Positions 30,136-44,739 of a DNA stretch of 64,000 nucleotides are shown one piece after another. The DNA comes from Chrysomallon squamiferum (taxonomy: Eukaryota; Animalia; Mollusca), in the NCBI GenBank assembly GCA_012295275.1, contig CM022671.1, positions 30,256,001-30,320,000 on the forward strand, in the 5' to 3' direction. The notes under the pieces were generated by a model. The model was given only the letters and a program-made list of their open reading frames with translations. It was not told the origin of the DNA and ran no database searches. The translations under genes were made by a program, and so were the position numbers. The stretch's first letter is position 1. The number at the start of each line of letters is the position of its first letter.

Positions 30136-30359
30136 CAAATACTCTTTGTCATTCTGTAAACGGTTGCACTGTTCACACGCTCATTTATTATTTACTCTAG
30201 CGAGTTCCTTAATCTGTTATTTATTATTCATTTGTTTCATCCAGTTTCTAAACGGCTCTTTCTTCATAACCGCACTTGAGCTTTTAAACACAGTCACACA
30301 AATCTACCTATCAGAGCCGCAGTACTCATTAACTTGCTTCGTAACTAACGGTGCATTGA

Positions 30360-30680
30360 GAACTGTCACGTGATGTCGTGATAGGCGGGGGTAGACGCAT
30401 GCGGCTAATTTCCACGTGCTGAGAAAACAAGCAGATCGAAGAATTGGAAACAGGAAATAAATTAACCTGTCTTCTTTACAGGCTGTAGAGAAGCACGTAC
30501 GGAGAACTTGGCAAACTTTTCTTTTTGCGGCAGACTGCACGTGCGATGCCGTTTGTCGTTTCCGTGACGTTTCTACACGCGCGGCACGTCGGCGACCTAA
30601 CCGCTCACTACGAGGCACGAGCGGTCACGTGGCTCAACGTGTCGACTGTCACTGAAACTGCAACGAGGCGCGTGCGTGTG
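30360..30680. promoter_or_regulatory. CpG-rich island with clustered bHLH sites
   Basis: CACGTG at 30367, 30413, 30538 and 30626. CACGCG at 30576 and 30670 (minus). CACGAG at 30616. Confidence 0.45.
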
Positions 30681-31051
30681 CTTGTATCGCCGAAGTGTGA
30701 AACAGTGTAACTTTGAATCTGACAAATGTGAAATAACAGTTTTCATGTTTATAATTGTGGTGTATAACGTTTGGGGTGTTGCTTAGAGTGACATTTTTAT
30801 TTTATTTTTTTATTTATATATTTATTATATTATTATTATTTTTTTTTTTTTTTTTATGCCAACCCGACTATATAAACTTAACTTAATTGTTTGCACAATG
30901 TTCTTCTTTGTTTTTTTCTCTTTTTCATTCGTTCATTCCATTCCATCTTTTCCTTTCTAAACAGTAAATAAAACATTAACTGAATTTACTAAACTACAAG
31001 ATAATTAACAAATCTTGTTACAAAATATTATTCTTATTCTTATTCTTATTC

Positions 31052-31110
<59 letters not shown>

Positions 31111-32529
31111 GTTGTTGTTGTTATGTTGTTGATACTGTTGTTTATTTTAATATAATTATTTAAAAACACACATATATATATATACACATTTATATACACA
31201 TTTTATTTAAATTTATGTAATGAATAAGACTAATTGTGTCGTGTTTTTATTTATATCATTTTTTTTTTATTTATTATTATTTTATTATTGAACATATCAG
31301 TGTGTGTGTGTGTGTGTGTGTGTGTGTTAATTCGACGTGTTTTTTTTTTTCTTCTAATGCTACAAATGACAAATTGTCTTCTTACCCATATAGCAGTTTG
31401 TCTGAATGTTGAATGTAATAAAACTGTAGATGTGACAAAAGTATCTAGTATGAATCTAACGAACTGTTTGAGACTGGAGCAAATGTATTTTTGATCTTAG
31501 AACGCGAATCATAGAAACGGTCTTGATTAATTCTTCTGATGATTTGTAATATGTTATTTTAATTAAGTTACCTGAAAGGTAATTTTATTAAATTTTCTCC
31601 AAATTAATATTATTAATAAGAATAATCGTTTAAAAGAAAATCGGAATAATGTCATTATTTTGAAACGTTTGAAGAAGTGATTTCAATTGAGAATGAAATA
31701 TAAAAGATAACAATAATAGTAACAATAATAATAATTTTAAAATAATTTGTTTTTTATGGAATCAGTAATCAAATGCAGAAATTTCCTCTTTTGTTTAATC
31801 TGACATGACCCTTCTAAAGCCTGTGTACTGACCACAAAATCACGTGATAACAGCCCCGGAGAAAATGTTTTGAAAATTTTTGTGCGGGATTAACGAAATG
31901 TACCCTACATCCTATAAATCATCTTTTTTTCAAATAGAAAAAAAAAAAAAAAACCCAGCTTTTCTTTATTGATTTACAGCGCATTAATGCCATGAAAGCG
32001 TAATATTGCTCTTAAGTGCATTTCAAACAAATTGGCCATGTTTTCGAGAGCAGACGACTTCCTTCGAATACGCGAAATGAATGATAAATGGCGCCGATGT
32101 GTATATTAGCGTATTCTGAAAGTGATTAACCGGCAATATGTGAAAGCGAATGTTAAATAGCGCCTGTTAAATGAGATATAAAAAAGACAAGGTCTCGCTG
32201 ACTGGTTGGACAATTGACTACGTCACGTTTTAAAGATGTTGATTACCATTCGCGCCAATTCATCGTCTGCAAGTTCGCGGGTGAACTGGGGTCGTCTGTC
32301 CGATACATTTGAAAAACGAAGTGAACAATATTTGATTAATATGCCCGCTCTTTTCAAGTCGGATTGTTTGTAGAACTGTGCAGTTTAGCGGATGGTACTT
32401 TTCTCGGACAAAAGATAACCAGGTGTCTTTTTATGTGACATTTTTCCAAAAGAACCAGTCTAGATTTTGCTCACGCCATTATGTCGTCACAATAGAAATC
32501 AAGGAGGAAAAAAAAATATGAAGGGGGCG

Positions 32530-32563
<34 letters not shown>

Positions 32564-33082
32564 CTCTTTCTTTTCTTGGGACGTGTTCAAAAGATCACTC
32601 AATAGAAAGCTCAATCATTTTGCCCGACAAAAAGACATCACGACCTTCTCTTTTATTACGAATCAGAGGCGAAATCGTTTTGAGAAGAAGGCCATTTTGT
32701 TTCACCAACAACAAATCAAGATCGGTTACCTTCCTCAGCATTCACGAGAACACTCGAACATGTCATAGCCACTTGCCGGCGCGCGCCGGACACGTGCTGC
32801 GCACGAGCGCTTGAACCGCAGCCGAAGAAGTCGTTGTTTTGAGACTGGTAATTAACATGGTCATCCCCAGCGTTTCATCCGAACACTACGAAATGGCCCG
32901 AGATTTTGTGTCTACTGATAACCGAGACACTCGTGAAGCGTCGAGCAGATTTCACAGCCGCGTTTCTCACGCTCATCGATGGCGTAAGAGTTGGTCTCCG
33001 ATTTGGTAACAAAAAGAAAAATTAATTTAAATTTATCGATTCAGACAAGATAAGAAGATGAAGAAATGTTTCTTTTCTTTTC

Positions 33083-33116
<34 letters not shown>

Positions 33117-33253
33117 AAAGAAAGAAAGAAAAAAAGTTTTCTTCCTTGTATTCATTTTATTTTTTGTTCTTTCGTGCTGTATTTTCGTCCTTTCTTGACA
33201 ATAACACATTTTCCTTTTTTTTCTCCTTACTTTAAAAAATATATATATATATA

Positions 33254-33295
<42 letters not shown>

Positions 33296-34732
33296 CGTAT
33301 TCATTTTTCTTTGTTTCTTCTTCTTACCGATCTTGTTTTTCTTCATTTTTTTTTTTTAATTTTTTTTTCTTTCTTTTTTTTTTTTTTTTTTTTTTTTTTG
33401 TCGGTTTTGTTTTTGCTTTATCTTCGTTCCTCCTGTTGTATATTATTTTCTTTTTGTTTCTTACATTCTTCCAGTAAGCCGTATTTCCTTTCTTCTGTTG
33501 TCCTTCATGTTCATCTTCTTGTTCTCTTTCATACTTCATTTCCTCTTTCTTCCTTCGTCTTTGCTTTTTTTTTTTTTTTTTTTTTCTTCCACTTGTCATT
33601 TTCATTATTCTCTTGATACCTGTCGTATTGTCTTTCTATTTTTTTTTTTTTTTTTTTGCTATTTATCCTATTTTCGTCTTGTTGACCGTATTTATTTCTT
33701 GTTCTTTTTCTTCGTCTTCGTTTTTGTTAAATTTGCTTCTTGTTGATTTTTATCTCTTCTTTATTTTCTTCTGTCTTTTTGTCATCTTATTTTTGTTAAC
33801 TACTACTGATTGACAACTATTCCTATTACCATTATTATTATAATTACAATTATAATTATAATTATACTGTTAGTTTTATTTATTATTTATTTATTTATAT
33901 TATTATTACTATCATTGTTGTTAGTAGTAGTAATACTAGTAGCAGCAGCACTACTGTTAGTAGTAGTAGTAGTATATCATTATTATTAATACGTTCTATT
34001 TATTGTCAATATTTATTTTATTTTATTTTCCTGCAACCAATCAGCAATATCTTATTTTTCCCAAACATTAATAACTTTTTTTTTTCGCCGATTTTGATTC
34101 CAATTCCCGATAACGTTTATGTTTTAAATTCTCCAAACAAATTATTTAATATTACTGAATCCGAATTCTTTATGAAGAGAGATCTTTATCAAGGGGACAC
34201 GGTGCGCATGTCAAAAATATCCCAATGGGGAGATTACTCGCCTCTTTGTACGGTAAGCTCCTTCTGTCACAAGTCATTAATGGCGTCGACGGTGACGGTG
34301 GTAATTTGGTACGCCTAAAAACCGAATGAGAGAGAGAGAGCACTGTTCGACCCCTCAAATGTACCGAAACTGCCAAAAAAAAAAAAAAAAAAAGACGGTC
34401 TTCATGTTCATTAAAGAAGGAAACAAAAAAAAAAGAAAAGAAAATGTAAAGAAAATGGCGAGTTATTTTAAATCTGATAGCGGGATCTGTTTAACCCCCG
34501 TACAGACAGAAGAGAAATAATTTATCGAATTTTTTTTTTGACAGAAATTATTGCCCCATAATCTTCGAAACGTATCGAATCGTTTTTTGTTTTGGCCAGT
34601 TCACGTTTATTAAAGGTTTTTAGCGTGTTTACGTTTTTCACTGGAGCGATTCTATCGAATCCGACCTTTTATAAGATGGCGACAACATATTGAAAATAAT
34701 TTCTTTTCATATGAATTTGATTTTTCTTCTTT

Positions 34733-34779
<47 letters not shown>

Positions 34780-35597
34780 AAATCGTATAAAATTGCATGA
34801 GAAAACAACAGACATGGTGCTCACTCCATGATTGGAGGAAATCACCACGGGTGGAAATATTTTCTTTCTTTCCTGCCCCCCTCCTGAATTAGGGTTGAAA
34901 AGTAAAAGCCAATATGTCAAAATAGACGTAAAAGAATAAAGGAAACAAAATGCTACAGAATATAAAAATACAATAGAGAATTAAAATGGTAAAAAAATAA
35001 AATAAAATAAATGAAAGTAATAGAAGAATAAAAATAAAATAGTAGGCGGTTTAACAGTCAAAACTGAACAAAAAGATTTTAAAAAAACACACACAGTTGC
35101 ATGGGTTCATATTTAAATGCATGAGTAAATGTATTTTGTGCATTCATACGCAAGAATACTGATATAAATATACATACTTTCTACTTGGCAAAATAATTAT
35201 CTATATAATAAAACCATTAAATTATTTTATTATATTTATTATTACTTTTGCTGTTGTTGTTTTCTTCTTCTTCTTCTTCTTCTTCTTCTTCTTCTTTGTT
35301 ATGCTGTTGTTATTTTCTTCTTCTATTTTTTTAATAATTTTTATAATTTTTTATGCTGTGAGCTTTCTTTGCCTTCACAGAAAACCGAGACATATGGAAA
35401 TGGTCAAAGACACTGTTCTGAAAACAATGGACAAACAGCAGCACATAATTTATTATCATTATCATTATTTTTTATGACAATAATACTTAACAAACAATAG
35501 CAGTGAAGACCAAGAAAAACCTTCAAACCGAGACAACATTGTTCTCTGAAATAGGCTTAATACTGATTCGAAAAAAAAAAAAAGAGAGTACAAAATG

Positions 35598-35639
<42 letters not shown>

Positions 35640-36756
35640 AAAGAGCAAAGATCAAAGATTGAAAGAAGTATATTTTTTCTCGCTCTCAACCTTTTTAACC
35701 TCATTCTTTGGAACTGATTAATAAAAAGCCATAATAACAGCGAACAGATTAACGTAAAAGGCATAATATATTTCTCTTTTTTTTTTTTTTTTTTTTTTTT
35801 ACCTCTCTCTCTCTCTCACTTCTTTAGTGCGTTCTAAAGATTTTAAAAATCCATTCTGTTAGCTGACAATAAATCTTTTCCGATATTATTGCAGATAACA
35901 GCAGATGCATAGCAGTGGCACGGAAAGAAAAAAAAAAAAAGAGGAGAAAAACTTTTTTCATTCTAGAGAAAGTTATTTCCAACGTGGGGATTAAAAAAAG
36001 AAAGGTAAAAAAAAAAAAAAAAAAAAAAAAAGGTACGCGCACCATAATCTATCAAAAATGGCTACACCTCCCTTGCTCATCATTTGTACCTTGTCGAGAG
36101 TTTATAGGAGGGCGCCGCGGGGGGGCACCGAAATCAGCTGACAGAGAACACGACTAGCAATTGATATCATGCACTTTTTATGGCCATTTTAAGTCCGTAA
36201 GGGAAAGTGCCAGAGAAAGGGAGGCAGTCATGCAGAGTTTATTTCGCGCTCGTTAAGGGTTATTTTTGCAATATTAAATGGTTAAGTTCTTAAGGCACAA
36301 AACGGCAGAATTAGAATCCGTCTTTTCAAGCGGCTCCCCGAGAGTCTGACTGCTTCTTGTTCGAAGCCGTGCAACACAGATGGCTCAGTCTATAAAGAGT
36401 CATGGACCAGTGGTTGCGCCTTGCCGGACTGCACTGTCTAGCTTTTCTGTAAAAAGGGGGATAAAAATAATGAAAAAAGATACTTTGAGAGGAAAAAAAA
36501 AAAAAAAAAAAAAAAGATAATATAGTGATGATAATAACAATAAAATATCTTGAATTTCCACGTCAGATATTAATTCATTTTATAAAAAAAAAGTTTCGAA
36601 AAATTGGATTTATTTGTTTGATATTCTTTTTTTTTTTTTTTTTTTTTAAATTATCTTCTACAGGTGTGTTGATGTGTCCAGTGTACTTTGACATACACGA
36701 GATGTTCAATTACCAAAAAAAAAATAAAACTTACGTAGATATGATTTAGTATTTAG

Positions 36757-36787
<31 letters not shown>

Positions 36788-36789
36788 AA

Positions 36790-36882
<93 letters not shown>

Positions 36883-36964
36883 TACGATTTTTTATTGTCT
36901 ATAATACAAATACAGATTGCAAAAACAAGACCAAAGAATTCAAAATTCTGTATGAACAGCGATT

Positions 36965-38270
36965 AATACTACTATTACTATTACTAGTACTACAGTTACT
37001 ACCACTACTACCACTATTACTACCACAACTATTACTACTACTACTGCTACTACTACCACTACTACCACTATTACTACCACTGCTACTATTACCACTACTA
37101 CCACTATTACTACCACAACTATTACTACTACTACTGCTACTACTACCACTACTACCACTATTACTACTACTGCTGCTATTACTACTACTACCACTATTAC
37201 TACTACAACTATTACTACTACTACTACTACACCACTATTACCACTATTACTACTACTACTACTACATTACCACTACTACTATTATTATTACTACCACTAC
37301 AGTTACTACCACTACTACCACTACTACCACTATTACTACTACTCACTACTACTACCACCACCACAACTATTACTACTACTGCTGCTACTATTACTACTAC
37401 TACCACTATTACCACTATTACTACCACTACTTACTACCACCACTACTACCACTATACCACTATTACTACTACTACTACTATTACCACTATTACCACTATT
37501 ACTACTATTATTATTACTATTACTACTACTACTACAACTACCACTACTATTATTATTACTACTACTACTGCTCACCACTACTACCACTATTACTAGTTAT
37601 TAGTTACTACTACTACTACCACTACTACCACTACTACTACTACTATTATTATTCACCACTACTACCACTACTACTACCACTACTACCACTATTACCACTA
37701 CCACCACTATTACTACTACTGCTGCTACTATTACCACTATTACCACTATTACTACTATTACTATTACCACTATACCACTATTACTCAACTATTACTACTA
37801 CTACTACTGCTCTATTATTACTACTACTACTGCTACTACTACCACTACTATTATTATTACTACTGCTACTAACCACTACTACCACTGTTATTACTACCAC
37901 AACTATTACTACTACTACTGCTACTACTACCACTACTACCACTATTACTACCACAACTATTACTACCACAACTACTACTACTACTGCTGCTACTACTACC
38001 ACTACTATTATTACTACTACTACTGCTGCTACTACTACCACTACTACCACTATTACTACCACAACTATTACTACTACTACTACCACTATTACTACCACAA
38101 CTATTACTACCACAACTATTACTACTGCTACTACTACTACCACTACTACCACTATTACTACCACAACTATTACTACTACTACTGCTACTACTACCATTAC
38201 TGTTATTATCAACTATTACTACTACTACTGCTGTTAATACTACTACCACTACTGCTGTTACTACTATAAC
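36965..38270. repeat. 1.3-kb compound trinucleotide repeat (TAC/CAC/TAT/TGC) with higher-order periodicity
   Basis: Recurring blocks such as ACCACTACTACCACTATTACTACCACAACTATTACTACTACTACTGCT. These generate the spurious poly-V and poly-S ORFs. Confidence 0.95.
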
Positions 38271-38623
38271 CTTCTATTCGTTTATTCGTTGAGTTAGAAA
38301 AATATCTTAATTTGACAATCATTACAAGACACATTTTAATATTACCAAGTTGTATCAAAAATATATTTAATTAAATATATATATGTTTTTATCCTGAAGA
38401 AAAAACTAATGATTAATTCGATGGCCATTAAAAGGTACATAATCCAACATTGAGCTAGACTGGATTAGGATATTATTTAGACGACATAATTAAAAGACCA
38501 CTGGTTTAAGAGACTGGGTACCCGGTTATACTAGTACATACCAAATAGCAAATTTGTGAGATTTGTAAAATACCATCGAAGTATCAATGAACAGCGATTA
38601 CTGCAACTATAATTAATATGTTT

Positions 38624-38662
<39 letters not shown>

Positions 38663-39632
38663 TTCATTGTTATTTTGGTTGAAGCTTCAAAATGAATGGT
38701 ATATTAAGAAAAAAAAACCCGTCTATTTGTAACAGATTATATTTCGTCGTAAAAGATTAGTGTACTCTTGTACAGTGTAAAGGTGTAATTATCAAACACA
38801 CAAAAAGCGACAATGGGGGTGGAGTGAAAGCAAGAAAACCCGCTTTTGGGCGTACTTTTTCTGAATCACGTACTTCCCCTTGTCCAATACAGCGTTAACG
38901 CTGGTGAATGAATATCTATGTTAGGATAAATTATTCACAAATTAGTATTATTATTTAAGACATTTTGAACGACATTAAGATGACATAACCGAAGCCGTTT
39001 AGAATAATATATCATTTCTTGTACCAAGTGACGTCTATATTAGCTTCAATCGATGAATCATTAATTCTAATATATTACAGGTACTGAATAACTTTTTTGG
39101 TGGTTTTTTTTTTTTTTTCTTTTTTCTTAGTTCTAATTTTTTTGACACATAAATCATATTTCAGAAATAATAATAATTGAGACAGAGAGAGAGAGAAAGA
39201 AAAAAAAATATACATCGTGCAACAAATGACAACAAAAGCAGGCATCTCTTGCGGAAAAACATGGAATTTAAACGGCTTCGTACGAAAGTACGAAAACGGG
39301 TCACCCTAAAAGATTAAAATCTAATTTCGCTGGCGAACTTTCAAACATGTAGAAGAAAATGAAAAGCAATTTAGTCGCAAATGGCATTAAATGAATATAA
39401 CACAAGAGAGGGGAAACAGCGCCGCTGTCGAATGGGCTTTTCTCTCTGTTGCCCCAGTCACGGGTTTTTGGCTCCGTGACGCCTGTATTATCCCGCCGAC
39501 TTGACAAACCGAAAAGACTGGTATTTTATGCTGTATGCCATTTCTATCCAAAATACTAGTTTATTTCGTCTGGGAACCAGTCCTTTGTCGTGTGTGACAA
39601 GCGAAATGCGTAATAACTTAACCCACTCGGTA

Positions 39633-39667
<35 letters not shown>

Positions 39668-39943
39668 GTGATGGATGCGTCTCAAACGCGGACGCAGCGG
39701 TCGGTGTAAAACAGCGGAAAATATATCGTTAGTATCCCACGGTGTCGAATCAGTTGCCTGTGTCATACTAAATGTATCGTTGTTGTCGATATGTTAATAT
39801 TAAATGATATCTGCTAATGTCTTCTCACCGTTTGTGTGAGTTATGAAACGTCGGCTGTGTGAAGTTAATAACTATTAAAAGACTTTAAATTCCAATCTGT
39901 AGACGGGTTTAATGTTAGATTTATTGACTGCTGGGAGAATGCG

Positions 39944-40450
39944 TTTATACACGACTTTCACGTGTCTTTCTTTCACAGACAAGTGTCATAGACTTTATAC
40001 ACAACTAACGTGTGTTTTTCTTTCACAAACAAGTGTCACAGACTTTTTATACATGACTTTCAGGTGTTTTTCTTTCACAAACAAGTATCACAGACTTTTT
40101 ATACATGACTTTCAGGTGTCTTTATTTAACAGACAAGTATCATAGACTTTATACATGACTTTCATCTGTCTTTCTTTCACAAACAAGTATCACAGATTTT
40201 ATACATGACTTTCAGGTGTCTTTATTTAACAGACAAGTATCACAGACGTTTTATACATGACTTTCAGGTGTCTTTATTTAACAGACAAGTATCATAGATT
40301 TTTTCAGGTGTCTTTATTTAAGAAACAAGTATCACAGACTTTTTATATATGATTTTCAGGTGTCTTTATTTAAGAAACAAGTATCACAGACTTTTTATAC
40401 ATGATTTTCATTTGTCTTTATTTAACAAACAAGTATCTCAGACTGTTTAT
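39944..40450. repeat. Minisatellite, ~50-bp unit, ~10 copies
   Basis: TTTATACATGACTTTCAGGTGTCTTTATTTAACAGACAAGTATCACAGAC repeated head to tail, with one shortened unit near 40300 and a degenerate copy near 40565-40620. Confidence 0.93.
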
Positions 40451-42111
40451 ATTATAGATTTTTAGTGCTATAGGTGTTTTTTTCTTTTTTTTCAAAACGT
40501 TCTTTATGACGATCATAATGGACTTTATTTACATGAACTTGATGATGATGATGATAATTTAATATTTAAGAAACAAATAATAATCAGATTTTATTACATG
40601 ATTTTCGGGTTTTTGCTTTATTATTTAGCTGTTTAAACAATGTTTTTTATTATTCTTTTTATAACAAAAAAAAAGATAATTGATTTTTCTTCTTTTTTTT
40701 TTTTTTTCTTTAACAAACAGTTTTATCGTTTAAATTTATTTTTAACTTTATTTAACGTTAAATTAATATGTATTATATATTTTTGATAATAATACAATTA
40801 AAAACAAAATTTTAAAAAGGTATATATTTTTCAAACATATGTTTAGATTTTTAAAACGTTTTTTAATGGTTTTTAAAATAATAACTGAAAGTTTGGTTTA
40901 ATTAATTTCATTTTTAAATTTTACTTAATCAACAGATCATTAAAACAAATAAATAAATAAATAAATAAATAAATCAACTTTGTTTATAATAAATTTTAGT
41001 ATTAAAAATATAAAATTCCTTTTTAAAGTACGAAACAGTCTTAACAGAATAACTCCATTTTACGTTTTCAATAAAAATTTCTATTCTTCTTTTCGTGTTT
41101 TATTTTTTTAAAAGAATTTTAAAAAGGGGGCGTACTATTTAAAATGATTCCTGAGACATCAAGAAAAAAAAAAAAAAAAAAAAAAAGCTTTAAAAACATA
41201 AATAATTATGTTTTCCCAACTGAATCCAAAGATGTTTTATAACAATATACTGCACTTGAAGAAAAACAAGAAACCCAGAATTGTGGCAGAATTTCACTAT
41301 TCATTGGTCGCGTAACTAACAATTACATCAGTTTATGTTAAAACAAGAAAGAAAGAAAGAAAAAAACAGAAAGGAAAAAAAATAATAATAAAAAAGAAGA
41401 AGAAAGGAAAATCATAAGAAAAGAAGACAGAGAAAAATAAAATAAAACTGATAAAAAAAAAAATAAATAAATAAATAAAGACAAAAAAAAAAAGTAAAAT
41501 AAAATAAAATTAAAATAAACGTAAAACGAAAAGTGAAAGATAAAAAAAAAAAAAAAAAAATAAAATAAAATAAAATAAAATAAAAGCTATTTATTATCTT
41601 TAAAATTATAATTATATGTCTCTGTTCTCTGTTTTTTAATTATTATTCAGACAAACAATATTTAATTTAAAAATTAGCCATGGCAGATTTGAAAAATCCT
41701 AAAGATGAACCAATTTCAACCACTTAGTAAAATGATGTTTGTTTAAGAAGATGAATAAAACAAATGTAGTGAAATAAAACTAACAAGAAACAAGAATTTT
41801 TTTTATAAATAAATAAATGAAAAAGAAAAAGAATAAAGAAAATTAAAAATTAAATAATAAGCGCCACATTTTTTTTATTTTTTTTTTTTTTTTATTTTTT
41901 TAAAGAGGAAAAAAAGTGAAGTTTCATGAAAAAAATAAGGTATGAGAAATTTAAAATATGTTTTACTCACTAAAATGATTATGAAAAAATTTACAAAATT
42001 AAATTTAATCAGTGTAATTAAATAATTATATATATAAAAAAAAAATGGTCTGTCTTTTTAATTAAAAACATAAACTGAGAATTTCACTTTTTGGTTTTCA
42101 TTTTGTCATTG

Positions 42112-42177
<66 letters not shown>

Positions 42178-42380
42178 TATTATTATTATTATTATTATTT
42201 TGTTATCATTATGATAAAGGTTAACAATTATATTCTTTAAAATATGACAAAACACACACACAAAAAAAAGATAAAATATATCAAAGAATTAATTCCTGTT
42301 TTAATGTTTCAAACGAAAAATGAAAATTTTCTAAATGAAAAATAAAATAAAATTATTATGTTAATAATATATACTAACCA

Positions 42381-42507
42381 CAATATATTTACTAACCACT
42401 TTAATTAAGAATTACAGTTATTTTTTTTTTTTTTTTTTTTTTTTTTATAAAAAGGAAGAAAGAAAGAAAATAAATTAAATTATATATATAATTTAATTTA
42501 TTATCTT

Positions 42508-42549
<42 letters not shown>

Positions 42550-42590
42550 ATAACTGTAATTCTTGATTAAAGTGGTTAGTAAATGTATTG
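42381..42590. repeat. ~210-bp imperfect palindrome centred at 42485/42486
   Basis: Outer arms CAATATATTTACTAACCACTTTAATTAAGAATTACAGTTAT / ATAACTGTAATTCTTGATTAAAGTGGTTAGTAAATGTATTG (2 mismatches). Perfect central palindrome TAAATTAAATTATATATATAATTTAATTTA. Confidence 0.88.
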
Positions 42591-42688
42591 ATAGACAGAT
42601 AGATAGATAGACAGATTTATAAGAAGGCCGACAGGTAGGCAGAGAGACAGACAGATGGATAGTTATATAAGTTGGAATTGTTGTTACC

Positions 42689-42733
<45 letters not shown>

Positions 42734-42812
42734 AAAAACGATGGAATGAAAAACAGAAATGAACAAAGAAAAATGTTTGACTTTTTTTTTTCTAAAATTT
42801 TATTTTTATTTT

Positions 42813-42856
<44 letters not shown>

Positions 42857-43936
42857 CCTAAAGTCTTAAATGATCCAATAAAACGCAAAAAAAAAAAAAA
42901 AAAAAAAAAGATAATTTCCGATTAACATTCACGACTGTATTATTTTCTCTGAAAAGTTCGTCGTGTGCCTGCGGTTTCCGAACGCTGACCTCACTCGACC
43001 GGCCAATTGGCAACAGCGAGAGTATCGCCAGCACGCGACACGTGCTCCGAGTCCCATGAACGCCGCTAGAACGGCTGTCTGGATTGGATAACGAGATAAG
43101 ACGGTTTCTCGCAAAAGACGAACTACAAAACTCGATTTTGCTGCCGACGTCGTCGACTCTGCGGGGTGCCGACATTCGAAACGATAATAATAGGTGATAA
43201 GCAAATTATCCTTCTCTGATTTCCCCTTCCACGACTTTCACACTGCACGTGCGCCCGTGCAGCCTGTAATGCGCGCGCGGTACTGAGGAATAATAAATGA
43301 GCATGTGACATTTAACGTACTGTGACATTTGTCTTTGGCGCCTTGGTGGACCACAATGCACTGGGCGTAATTAACACGTGCTCGAGGCTTTTTATGAGAA
43401 AAGAAGTATAATTATGATTGTTCTATTAAACTTCTATCAAACCCAAACCCCGATTTAATTGGTTAACCATTTATATGCGTCAATCTTTCCGTCCCATTAT
43501 AATTTCATTAATACCAGAGTTCTGTATCGAAGCTTTAAAAAAAAAAAAAAAGGAGAAGAAAATCGTCATAATTGGTAGACATCGCTTCGAGAAATTGGAT
43601 TGGATTATTATGTCGTTTTGACGACCGAAAATATGTTAATTTCATTTGATTATAAACTGTTTAAATACTGTAATTAAATGCTTAATTAACGGATAAGTCA
43701 TTTGTTTTGTTATTTTTTATTTTTTATTTTTTAAATGCAGTCATAAATATTACAGTACTGTTATCGTTTTCAATAAGAAAAAAATATGTGGAATTAAGTG
43801 AAAAGGTTTTTGATGTCAAATTGAAAAGATACTAGACTTCTTTCATTTTTAACTGTTAAAAAGGTATCCATATTAAAGAAAAAGAAATTAAAAAGAGGTT
43901 TTATATAATTAGAAACTTTATTTAGGCTTATTATTA

Positions 43937-44010
<74 letters not shown>

Positions 44011-44159
44011 TTTTTTTTTTCCCCAATTATTCGTTTTATATGCTATTGCATGCAATCATTTTCGATGTTTTATCTCTGGACACAGGAAATCTTATCATTT
44101 TCAGCTACCCTGAAGAAATATGAAAACTACGAATTGTTCATCATCGGCGGCCAATTTTT

Positions 44160-44270
44160 AACTGTGTGTGCGTACCAAATACATTCGAGTTTTTGTGTAT
44201 ACGTAACACATATATTCGAGTTACTGTGCATACGTACCAAATACTTTCCATTTATTGCGTATATTCGAGA
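44160..44270. repeat. Degenerate ~31-bp tandem repeat, 3-4 copies
   Basis: Recurring TGTG..TACGTA.CA.ATA.ATTCGAG units. Confidence 0.6.
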
Positions 44271-44427
44271 AATTGCCCATAAATTATTTAAGAAATACTT
44301 TTAGGTTTTATAACAAACATCTTAATTCTTTGCAGTTAAAAGAAATATTACGACTTTCTCTCTCATTCTCATACACAAATTATTATTATTGTAATTGTTA
44401 TTATTATTATTACTATTATTATTGTAA

Positions 44428-44465
<38 letters not shown>

Positions 44466-44468
44466 GTA

Positions 44469-44538
<70 letters not shown>

Positions 44539-44706
44539 GGGGTTAATATTATTATTTCAACTTTGTCGTTCTATATCGCATTACAATTTTAAAATCCAAC
44601 ATCAAGGATATAATAATGATGTTATTTTACTTGTTGATTTCAAGAGTGACAGATATCGTGTATATTTCACGCCTGGTGAAATAGATCCGGTTTCGTTTCT
44701 TTTTTC

Positions 44707-44739
<33 letters not shown>

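Noticed and set aside
34880-34910. Minus-strand FNPN resembling AMDHD1 GSDFNPN
   Set aside because: The context is WLLLFNPNSGG, with no GSD or flanking similarity. Chance match.
35345-35420. Minus-strand VFCE resembling AMDHD1 DVFCEKG
   Set aside because: The context is PYVSVFCEGKESSQHKKL*, with no further similarity and an early stop.
36940-38249. Ser/Gly/Asn- or Val-rich ORFs as a structural or biomineral protein
   Set aside because: Frames are broken repeatedly, there is no signal peptide or splice support, and the same repeat type occurs elsewhere (19570-19860, 47115-47200).
39944-40450. CRISPR-like appearance of regular repeats (also 25002-25420)
   Set aside because: Head-to-tail units without unique spacers, no cas genes, and a eukaryotic context.
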